Assembly: GCA_965263035.1 (NCBI GenBank) | Contig: OZ253580.1 | Coordinates: forward strand, 640,001-704,000 | Reading direction: 5' to 3' | From: Acidobacteriota bacterium | GTDB taxonomy: Bacteria > Acidobacteriota > UBA6911 > RPQK01 > JAJDTT01 | DNA: 64,000 nt | The notes under the pieces: generated by a model | The model's input: the letters and a program-made list of their open reading frames with translations, nothing else | Told to the model about the DNA's origin: nothing | Databases searched by the model: none | Program-made: the position numbers and the translations under genes | Part shown: piece after piece, positions 30,135 through 38,577 of the stretch | Position numbering within the stretch: position 1 is the first letter of the stretch | Layout of the letters: each line of letters starts with the position of its first letter

Positions 30135-30700
30135 GGACGCCGTTGTTCACCGAAGTCGAGTTTCGAGATTTCCTCTCCCGAGGAGCGGACCCGTTTCTGG
30201 AATTCAAGTCGGCACGGAACCGGGGTGACGCGAGGTCGGGACAAGTCAGTCCATCCGCGGGTCGAGATGCAATGGCTGAGTCTGTCCCGGCTTTTGTCGA
30301 TGCCGATGGCGGCCGATTCTTGATCGGCGTCGAGAAAGATGCCCCGCCCACGGGCCTCGAACATGCGAAGACAGTCATCACGGAAGGAATCGTCGACCAA
30401 GTCAGACGCGCAGCTACGCAACGGCTGCTCCTCCTGCCGCACGCAGTTCGTCAGATGGCCCACCCGGACAGAATGATCACACCAGGCGAGATCCGAGCGG
30501 TCATCGAGCAGGGTGCCATCATGGAGGATTGTCCGGGGGATTCACGCGGCCACAGTGGCTTGCTTAATGGACGAGGAAACAAAGGGCGGAACATCGACGT
30601 GGTCTGCTCTCCCAAGGAAGACTTTCTCGCCATCATCATAGCGTATCTTCCTTCGCAGAAAGAAAGGGAGCGAGGGCTGAGCACGAGGAAAACGTTATGA
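30131..30700 (+). CDS. Chimeric, degenerate ORF: AlbA_2 N-terminal fragment fused to a DUF4258 toxin-like domain
   Basis: LEFKS...AFVDADGGRFLIGVEKD..TGL then LPHAVRQM...EDCPGDSRGHSGLL...DVVCSPKEDFLAIIIAYLP. Confidence 0.55.
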   Translation: MRTPLFTEVEFRDFLSRGADPFLEFKSARNRGDARSGQVSPSAGRDAMAESVPAFVDADGGRFLIGVEKDAPPTGLEHAKTVITEGIVDQVRRAATQRLLLLPHAVRQMAHPDRMITPGEIRAVIEQGAIMEDCPGDSRGHSGLLNGRGNKGRNIDVVCSPKEDFLAIIIAYLPSQKERERGLSTRKTL

Positions 30701-30924
30701 ACTACTTCCACTGCCGCGGAGAAATGCAGCGCTCGACGGCACCCTTCCACGTCATTCGGAACAGTTACCATTTGGCACTCGACAGCGTCCCCGCCTGGGT
30801 CTGCAACCAGTGCGGTGAAACATATTTCGAGGAACCGGAGGTGGTCGCCATCCAGACGGCGATCCGCACTCTCGATGACCAGACCCGACAACTTGCGGCA
30901 GAACCGGCAAGGCAAGATCGATGA
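30697..30924 (+). CDS. YgiT/MqsA-type zinc-finger protein (first Cys lost)
   Basis: MNYFHCRGEM...VPAWVCNQCGETYF; coupled to the DUF4258-like ORF. Confidence 0.7.
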   Translation: MNYFHCRGEMQRSTAPFHVIRNSYHLALDSVPAWVCNQCGETYFEEPEVVAIQTAIRTLDDQTRQLAAEPARQDR

Positions 30925-31099
30925 CGGGCGAAAAAGAAGCGCCGGGTCTCATTCCCCGCCAGGCTCGAGGATGACTGACAGGAGCCGCTCTGGACGGATA
31001 GATTCAGTGGCTGTTCAGGAATCCTGTGAAGTTAATGCTCACACGCAGGTCCCTGTCGTCATTCGTTCAGTGCCTTGTTCCGTGGACCTGGGCGACAAG

Positions 31100-31345
31100 C
31101 TCGAAGATTATACGTGGCTGCGGAAGCGTCCCGGCGCCGACACAGGAGTTGAGTGCACCAACTTTCCCGGCGGCCGCGACTTCGACGGCAACCGCTGGAA
31201 CAACTTGCACTACACATACGCCACTAAACGAGTCGCACGTTCGCAACGAGCCGCCAAGGAGGGATCACCATCTTGAGGACGTTAGGATCCACGGACGTGG
31301 AGTGTCGCGATCTCTTTTCCCGCGGCCACGACCTGTTCTCCCAGT
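31100..31345 (+). repeat. Diverged direct copy of pglX 3' end plus start of next gene (original ~29960-30205)
   Basis: RDFDGNRWNNLHYTYATKRVARSQRAA vs RDFDGNRWNDLHYTNAAKTAARSRRAA; MRTLGSTDVECRDLFSRG vs MRTPLFTEVEFRDFLSRG. Confidence 0.85.
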
Positions 31346-31679
31346 TGCAGTTAGTCAGGAATCTGAATGGCTACAGGCCGACCGAGAACATACTCCAGGT
31401 GATTCGAAACACGATTGCCGAGATGTACGAAAGAAATCCGGAATTAAGCCCACGGTATCACCTCGTCCCAGCGTGTTTCATTACATTGCGGTCACGACGT
31501 ACTCGGCGCCGAGCTGCATTCCTGCTCGGCAGACAGATCTTCTTAAGGCTCCAATCCACCAGCAAGATTCGATCTCACTTTTTCCTGAACGAAGACGAGT
31601 CCCCGGGAGAACAGGTCAACGACATGCGTATAACGACTGCGAGACAGTAAATGCAGCGCCCACGAGTCGAGGCACAATC

Positions 31680-34544
31680 ATGACATCCGTTCAAAGCCGA
31701 AATTGGCGATACCCGGGAGCCCGTTGGTGGAAGTTTGACTTCCACACGCATACGCCTGCCTCACACGACACACATTGGTACAGAAGCAACCAAAACAGAC
31801 TGACGCCGCATCAATGGTTGCAACGCTTCATGGATGCAGGAATTGATTGTATCGGCGTAACCGATCACAACAGTGGAGCCTGGATCGACGAACTCAAAGC
31901 TGCTTATGAGGAAATCCAACAGGACAGAGCGGATGGGTTTCGAGAACTGCATCTCTTCCCAGGCGTGGAAATTTCCGTCAACGGCGGCTTCCACCTATTG
32001 GCACTCTTCGACACGGAAAAGACCACGTCGGATATCGACACACTTCTCGGGGCAGTTGAATATGACGGAACTAAGGGAGATAGCGATGGCGTGACACGAA
32101 AATCCGCTGTTGAGGTCTTGGAAGCTGTCGTGCGCGCCGGCGGCATTCCCATTCCCGCCCATGTCGAATCTAATAAGGGCCTATTGCGATTGAGAGACGA
32201 CACATCCGCAATTTCGGCGCTGGACGCCAATACATTGCGTCAGATCTTCAAATGCCAGGACATTGTCTCAATGGAGGTGATTGACCGATCCAAGCCAAAA
32301 CCTGCGTTGTACGAGGAATCAAAACTCTCATGGTCTGAGGTCTTGGGCTCGGATTGCCACAGTTTCCGAGGACAAGATCCACCGGGATCCCGCTATTCAT
32401 GGGTAAAGATGGAAGACCCGTCTCTGGAGGGGCTGCGTTTGGCCATGATGGATGGAGAAGGGTTTTCAATCCGACGGAGCGATGATCCGGAAACTTTCGA
32501 TCCCTTCCAATTTCCAAGCCGATTCGTCGAGTCGGTGGAAATCGAACAGGCGCGATTCATGGGCAACGGAGAAGCGACCCGGCTCCCGTTCAGCCCGTGG
32601 CTCAATGCGCTGGTCGGGGGTCGTGGCACGGGAAAGTCCACCGTTGTTCACGCAATACGGCTGGCGGCGAGGCGTGAGCACGAACTAACGGGTTTCGACA
32701 AAACCAGCGAGCCGCGCTTGACGTTTGAGCGATTCAATCAGGCGCCAACGGATCGTGTAGATACGGGCGGATTGACCACGTCGACCTCGATCGCCCTTAC
32801 CAAGATGCGTGATGAGGTTCGGTATCGCGTGCTTTGGCGGTGCGGCAAAGGACGATACCGCAAAGATCATCTGGTCGTCGAGGAGGAAACCGGCAAGGAC
32901 GAATGGAAGAGGTCCTCAATTCAAGCGGTCACACCTGAACGCTTTCCCATACGTATTTTCAGCCAGGGGCAAATCGCTGCACTCGCAGGTGAAAATCAGC
33001 AAGCATTGCTGCAAATCATCGACGACGCAGCAGGCGTCAAAGCCCGCCAAGAAAAGCTAAACGAAGCGAGGAACGCATACTATGCGTCAAGAGCTCGGAT
33101 TCGGGAACTTGACAGCAAGCTGGGCAATCGCGACGACCTCGTTGTCCAGCGTCAGGATGCAGGGCGTAAGTTGAAGCGCTTCGAGGAATCGGGCCATACC
33201 GAAATCCTCATAGCCTATCGGCTGCGGAGCCTTCAGCGCAGGGAAGCGGACCGGCAGTTCCATGCAGCCGAAGCGGCCACCGAATACATCGATGCGGCGG
33301 CGGCACAGCTGCAACCGGAAGACCTGCCCGAGGGACAATTCGTTACGGAATCGGATGAAGATCGCGAAGTGACGGCGATCATGGATGCTCTGGCCGCCGC
33401 CGTGCGTGGCGCAGCCACAAACCTGCGCAAGAACGCACAGCAGCTCCGGAGCGTCGTCGAGACGCAACGCAAAGAATTGGCCAAGAGTGCATGGCAAGAG
33501 GCTGTGGACCAAGCTGCCGTCGACTACCGGCGTCTGGTCGAAACGCTTCACGCGGAAGGCGTCTCCGACCCGAGCGAATATGGTCGATTGGTGCAGGAAC
33601 GGCAACGTCTTGACAGCGAGTTGGAACGCCTGGAATCGATGCGGAAAGAGCGTGACCGATTGATTGCGCAAACACAGTCGAAGCTCCATGAGGTCTTGGA
33701 AACTCGCCGCGAAGTGAGCACAACTCGCGACCGCTTTCTGACTGATATGTTGGCGCAGAACACTTTCGTTCGCATTCGCAGCAGGACGTATGGCGAGGAT
33801 GCTCGTGTCATTGAACGATCCTTACGCGAGGCGCTAGGTGTTCTCGACGATCGTTTCCAAAGCGACATCCTAATCATTGAGGACGAGCGCCCAATAGCGG
33901 GAGCCGTGGCAGAACTGCTGGAAAGCTTGCCAGAGGCACCGGAAGTACGACGGGAGGAGTTCGAAAACCGCATCTGTCGACTCAAGCAAGGCCTTGTTGC
34001 TGCCTACTTCGGTGAGCGTCCCTTCGGAGGTCATTTCAACAACTATCTCAAGAACGAATTCACCAAGAATCCGGAGTTTCTCGACAAACTGATGACTTGG
34101 TTTCCCGAAGACGGGTTGTATGTGGAATACAGCCGTCGCGGAGACGGCACGGATTTCCGGCACATAACCCAGGCTTCAGCAGGACAGCGGTCGGCGGCCA
34201 TGCTGGCTTTCCTGCTCGCACATGGCGAGGAACCTCTGGTGCTGGATCAGCCGGAGGACGACCTGGACAATCATCTGATCTACGACCTGGTCGTCCGCCA
34301 GATTCGAGAGAACAAGCTGAGACGCCAGATCATCGTCGTGACGCACAACCCCAACATCGTTGTGAACGGCGATGCGGAGATGCTCCATGCGCTCGATTTT
34401 CGGGCGGGGCAGTGTGTCGTGGCGCAGTCGGGCTCCTTGCAGAAGGAATCCATGCGAGAGGAAGTCTGCCGAGTGATGGAAGGCGGACGCGAGGCATTCG
34501 AGCGGCGCTACCGGCGGCTGGGACCGGAGTCCTCACATGTTTGA
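31680..34544 (+). CDS. PHP phosphoesterase + SMC/ABC-type ATPase (Ppl/TrlF-like)
   Basis: WWKFDFHTHTPAS, VTDHN, PGVEI, PAH, GSDCH; Walker A GGRGTGKST, long coiled coil, SAGQ, LDQPEDDLDN, VTHN. Confidence 0.85.
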   Translation: MTSVQSRNWRYPGARWWKFDFHTHTPASHDTHWYRSNQNRLTPHQWLQRFMDAGIDCIGVTDHNSGAWIDELKAAYEEIQQDRADGFRELHLFPGVEISVNGGFHLLALFDTEKTTSDIDTLLGAVEYDGTKGDSDGVTRKSAVEVLEAVVRAGGIPIPAHVESNKGLLRLRDDTSAISALDANTLRQIFKCQDIVSMEVIDRSKPKPALYEESKLSWSEVLGSDCHSFRGQDPPGSRYSWVKMEDPSLEGLRLAMMDGEGFSIRRSDDPETFDPFQFPSRFVESVEIEQARFMGNGEATRLPFSPWLNALVGGRGTGKSTVVHAIRLAARREHELTGFDKTSEPRLTFERFNQAPTDRVDTGGLTTSTSIALTKMRDEVRYRVLWRCGKGRYRKDHLVVEEETGKDEWKRSSIQAVTPERFPIRIFSQGQIAALAGENQQALLQIIDDAAGVKARQEKLNEARNAYYASRARIRELDSKLGNRDDLVVQRQDAGRKLKRFEESGHTEILIAYRLRSLQRREADRQFHAAEAATEYIDAAAAQLQPEDLPEGQFVTESDEDREVTAIMDALAAAVRGAATNLRKNAQQLRSVVETQRKELAKSAWQEAVDQAAVDYRRLVETLHAEGVSDPSEYGRLVQERQRLDSELERLESMRKERDRLIAQTQSKLHEVLETRREVSTTRDRFLTDMLAQNTFVRIRSRTYGEDARVIERSLREALGVLDDRFQSDILIIEDERPIAGAVAELLESLPEAPEVRREEFENRICRLKQGLVAAYFGERPFGGHFNNYLKNEFTKNPEFLDKLMTWFPEDGLYVEYSRRGDGTDFRHITQASAGQRSAAMLAFLLAHGEEPLVLDQPEDDLDNHLIYDLVVRQIRENKLRRQIIVVTHNPNIVVNGDAEMLHALDFRAGQCVVAQSGSLQKESMREEVCRVMEGGREAFERRYRRLGPESSHV

Positions 34545-35799
34545 CAGCCGGAAAGAGTTGCTGGAGAAGATTCGTCTGGGTGAGGCCACGTTTCTGGAAC
34601 TCAAGGAAGTGCGCTTTTCCGGCAGTCGGATCCGCGGACCGGGGCGTGACGAATTGGCCGACGAACTGGCGGCTTTCGCCAACAGTCGCGGAGGTGTCTG
34701 CCTGCTTGGAGTTGAAGACAAATTACGCGAAATCGTGGGTATTCCCGTGGATCGTGTGGATACAGTGGTGCGTTTCGCCCGCGAAGTCTGCACGGACTCG
34801 ATCGAACCCCCACTGAGTCCCGTGATTGACCCGCTGTGGTTGCCGGCGACGACGGGTGAGGAACTCGCCGTCGTCAAGATCGACGTGCAACGCAGCCTGT
34901 TCGTGCACAAGAGCCCCGGCGGCTACCTGCACCGAGTCGGCGATGCCAAGCGAGGGATGTCTCCCCAGTATCTCGCTCGATTGTTTCAGCAACGCAGCCA
35001 GACCCGCATCATTCGGTTCGATGAGCAGACCGTTTCCGGTGCCAGATTAGATGACCTGTCTCCCGATCTCTGGGAGCGATTTCGGACCCCTCGCACCGGG
35101 GCCACTAGAAACGATCTGCTTTCAAAACTGCGTTTGGCGCGTCCTGATGAGCGCGACGAACTGAGGCCGACCGTTGCCGGCGTACTGATGGCAACCAACG
35201 ATCCGCGCCGTTGGGTTCCCAACGCCTACATTCAAGCCGTTGCCTACCGGGGAAGCCAAATCCGGCCGGAAGCGTTCGGCGATCCATACCAACTGGACGC
35301 CGCCGATATTTCAGGACCCTTGGACGTTCAAATCGCGAATGCGTGTCATTTCGTCTTGAAGAACATGAAGACGGCCGCCTTCAAGTACCAGGGACGCAGG
35401 GATCGACCACAATTCGATATGATGGGCGTCTTCGAGGCTATCGTCAACGCCGTTGCGCACCGGGATTATTCGATCCATGGATCCAAGATCCGGCTGCGCC
35501 TCTTTGACGACCGGTTGGAGCTCTACTCGCCGGGTGGCATTCCCAACACGATGACTGTGGAAAATCTCGTACATCTTCAATCGGCCCGGAATGACGTGAT
35601 CGCGAGTCTGCTCGCCAAGTGTCCTGTCCCGGCCGCTGGTCCAGGATTACACACCGATCGTGTGACCTTCATGGACAAGCGGGGAGAGGGTGTACGGATC
35701 ATCTTGGACTACAGCGAACGGCTCTCCGGGATTACGCCTGTGTATCGATTGATCGGCGACACAGAACTCGTCCTGACGATTTTTGCGCCCACCAGGTGA
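34537..35799 (+). CDS. Schlafen/AlbA_2 + HATPase_c_4 protein
   Basis: GEATFLELKE...LAAFANSRGGVCLLGVED; FEAIVNAVAHRDYS...DRLELYSPG; 8-bp overlap with the PHP-ATPase. Confidence 0.85.
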   Translation: MFDSRKELLEKIRLGEATFLELKEVRFSGSRIRGPGRDELADELAAFANSRGGVCLLGVEDKLREIVGIPVDRVDTVVRFAREVCTDSIEPPLSPVIDPLWLPATTGEELAVVKIDVQRSLFVHKSPGGYLHRVGDAKRGMSPQYLARLFQQRSQTRIIRFDEQTVSGARLDDLSPDLWERFRTPRTGATRNDLLSKLRLARPDERDELRPTVAGVLMATNDPRRWVPNAYIQAVAYRGSQIRPEAFGDPYQLDAADISGPLDVQIANACHFVLKNMKTAAFKYQGRRDRPQFDMMGVFEAIVNAVAHRDYSIHGSKIRLRLFDDRLELYSPGGIPNTMTVENLVHLQSARNDVIASLLAKCPVPAAGPGLHTDRVTFMDKRGEGVRIILDYSERLSGITPVYRLIGDTELVLTIFAPTR

Positions 35800-35805
35800 A
35801 GGAAC

Positions 35806-36240
35806 GTGTTTCTCATCCAGGACAATGAAAAACCCTTCGATGTGCTGGACGATCAAGTGCTCCCTGGCCCGTTGGTCGCTTGCCGGCAAGAATCGTCCGC
35901 CAGCAGACGAAAATGGGTTGAAATAGGTCGTGTCAAATCCTCGCGGACTCGATGCGTCCAATCGTTTGAGAGGACAGTGGCGAAGTCGCCGAGTCAAGGT
36001 GCCACGAGTACCGTTGGCACTAGGCTGATCGTAGCCCATGAAGAGTCTTCGTGAGGCCGTCCTGAACGCGCTCGCTCATCGCGATCGGACCCGCTAAGAG
36101 GAGATTGTAATGGTCGGCTATGTTGACGCGTGGGGCATGAGCGTTCGCGAAGGGATATTCACTCTGCTACCCAAAGTGAATGGCGCGGACCTCGATCTCG
36201 GAGCTACTGAGGACTATCTGAATGTGACTAGGCGGAAGAG
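35806..36240 (+). pseudogene. Deleted remnant of a second AlbA_2/HATPase_c_4-type gene
   Basis: Own translation: VLDDQVLPGPLV..., PMKSLREAVLNALAHRDRTR*EEI...GYVDAWGMSVR...ATEDYLNVT. Confidence 0.6.
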
Positions 36241-36255
36241 GCGTGCGGGGGACGA

Positions 36256-38577
36256 ATGAGCGAAGAGACCGTCCTCGATCAGTTGATCTCCAGTCTTCGA
36301 TCCAAGGGTACACCCATCGACGGCCAAGACCGACCGGCCGCCATCCTCTGGACCGACCCGAAGCGGGAGTGGGTGCCGCTGATCGAACTGTTATTGCAAC
36401 GCGTCGGTGAATTTCTCGTCCTGGGAGATTACCAACCCGAGCGGCGCACCGGTCCCGCCGTCTGGGTACGCTGCGTCGTCGACCGCGCCGTCGACGAGCC
36501 TGATCTCCCCGCTGATCGACCGCCGATCGTTTACCTGCCTGACGTTGCGCGCCAGCAGCTCCGCGCCGGGACGGTGTGCCCGGACCGGTTGAAGCCGATG
36601 GTGGAGCTTCTGTTTCGGGGCGCACTCTGGCATCACCCCAACGGCAACGACTGGACGGTGAACGCCTACTTGACTTCACGATCTACCCTGGCCCTTGACA
36701 TCGCCGGTGATCGGGCGACCAGCGACGCGCTGCTGCGAGCGTTGTCCGAGGTGGCCCTCAGCCCGGTGAAACATCTCGCACGCCGTCACCTGGCGGCAGA
36801 CGACTTCGATCGTATGCTCGCCGGCGACGTTGTCAGAGACCTCCTGAGGTGGATGGGGGACCCGGACGGCGCGCGGAACCGCTTGGGATCGAACGAATGG
36901 GAAGCCTTCTGCAGCCGTTGCCGGGACGAGCTGGAGTTCGATCCGGCGACGGAGGCGGATGTCGTCGCAGGCGGGCTTATGGCTCAGGGCGAGGGCCCGT
37001 GGTCGGCAGTGTGGGACCGTTTCGCCGAGGCACCCCGTAGCTACGGCGACATTTCCGGACTACTTCGGCGCAGCAAACCGTCCGGCGGATTCCGCTTCGA
37101 ACGTGAACGATGGCCTGACCTGAATGACGAGGATGAGGAAACCGTTCGGCGCAGGCTCATCGCGATACCGACGCTCTTGCACGATGAGGCTTGCGAGACG
37201 GTCATCGGACTCGAAGAGAACCATGGCGTACGCCGGAAGTGGGTCTGGGCTCGCATGGGGTCGGCTCCAATGGCACGGGTCTTGACGCCTCTCTCCAATC
37301 TTGCCAAGGGGGCGCGGAATGCCTTGGGAGGAACGACCCCCGATGATGTGGCCCAAGCCTATCTCGATCGGGGCTGGCAAGCGGACCTTGGAGCGTGGGA
37401 GACGTTGGCCATCGCGCCGTATGAAGACGAAGAGTGGATCAAAGCGACCGTACGCCACCTCCTTGAGCCGTGGCTCGAGGACTCGGCGCGAGCGTTTCAG
37501 ACAGCGGTCGAGCGAGCATCCCTGCCAAGTCGCGGCGATCAGCCGACCGTAGTGGCTGCAGATGACGGCTGCATCCTGTTCGCCGACGGGCTGCGGTTCG
37601 ACTTGGCACAACGTCTGGCGGAGCGGCTGGAAGGCCATGGTCTCCGCGTTGAGTTGGACCGGCGGTGGGCGGCGCTGCCGACGGTTACGGCTACGGCGAA
37701 ACCGGCGGTGACTCCAGTTGCAGAGCAGGTCGAGGGCGACATGCTCGATCCCGCGTTCGGCGTACGGTTGAAGACCAGCGGGAAACCGGCTGACGCATCG
37801 GGTCTCCGCGCGGCGATGGAGGCACATGGGTATCAACTCGTTGGCGGCTCCGGCTCGTACGCGCCTCGTTCCCATCCGGCACGCGGCTGGCTTGAAATGG
37901 GAGCGTTCGACAGGCGTGGTCACCAGATGGGGGTTGGGGTCGCGCGCCAACTGGGCAACGAAATTAAGCGTGTGGCGGAACGGATCATCCGTGTCCTCGA
38001 CGCTGGATGGAACACGGTGCGCGTCGTTACGGATCACGGGTGGCTGCTGTTGCCGGGAGGGCTTCCGAAGGTGGGCCTACCGAAGCACTTGACCGAGAGC
38101 AGTTGGGCTCGTTGCGCAGTCATCGCGGGTGAGTCGACGCCTGACGTCACCCGTGCCCCATGGCACTGGAACAGCTCACAGTGGTTTGCGACGGCGCCCG
38201 GTATCGCCTGCTTCAACAAATCCGATGAATACGCCCACGGCGGGTTGAGCATTCAGGAATGCCTCATCCCGGATCTCCTCGTGACACGCGGAGGTGAGAC
38301 GAAGTCGACCGGCCGCGTCAAGTCGCTGACTTGGCGAGGCCTGCGCTGTTTCATCGAATCCGAGGTCCGTGGCGGGCCAGTGACCGCCGACCTTCGGCTG
38401 AATCGACCGAACGGTGAATCGGTTGCAGCGACGCCGAAGCTCCTCGACACCGAGGGGACCGTCAGCTTGGTCCTAGCCGATGACGAGCATGAAACTGCAG
38501 CGCTGGTTCTGGTTCTGCTGGATGAAGCGGGCGGGATCTTGACCCATCAATCGACTCGAGTGGGAGTGGACACATGA
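36256..38577 (+). CDS. pglZ: BREX phosphatase PglZ (type B-like)
   Basis: AILWTD, RTGPAVW, LFADGLRFD, LPTVTATAK, VVTDHGW, YAHGGLSIQEC. Confidence 0.9.
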   Translation: MSEETVLDQLISSLRSKGTPIDGQDRPAAILWTDPKREWVPLIELLLQRVGEFLVLGDYQPERRTGPAVWVRCVVDRAVDEPDLPADRPPIVYLPDVARQQLRAGTVCPDRLKPMVELLFRGALWHHPNGNDWTVNAYLTSRSTLALDIAGDRATSDALLRALSEVALSPVKHLARRHLAADDFDRMLAGDVVRDLLRWMGDPDGARNRLGSNEWEAFCSRCRDELEFDPATEADVVAGGLMAQGEGPWSAVWDRFAEAPRSYGDISGLLRRSKPSGGFRFERERWPDLNDEDEETVRRRLIAIPTLLHDEACETVIGLEENHGVRRKWVWARMGSAPMARVLTPLSNLAKGARNALGGTTPDDVAQAYLDRGWQADLGAWETLAIAPYEDEEWIKATVRHLLEPWLEDSARAFQTAVERASLPSRGDQPTVVAADDGCILFADGLRFDLAQRLAERLEGHGLRVELDRRWAALPTVTATAKPAVTPVAEQVEGDMLDPAFGVRLKTSGKPADASGLRAAMEAHGYQLVGGSGSYAPRSHPARGWLEMGAFDRRGHQMGVGVARQLGNEIKRVAERIIRVLDAGWNTVRVVTDHGWLLLPGGLPKVGLPKHLTESSWARCAVIAGESTPDVTRAPWHWNSSQWFATAPGIACFNKSDEYAHGGLSIQECLIPDLLVTRGGETKSTGRVKSLTWRGLRCFIESEVRGGPVTADLRLNRPNGESVAATPKLLDTEGTVSLVLADDEHETAALVLVLLDEAGGILTHQSTRVGVDT

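Noticed and set aside
29960-31345. DGR template/variable repeat pair
   Set aside because: Differences involve all bases rather than adenines only, and there is no reverse transcriptase in the window.
31026-31679. 218-aa N-terminal extension of the PHP-ATPase
   Set aside because: Runs through the pglX relic in another frame; the PHP domain begins just after ATG 31680.
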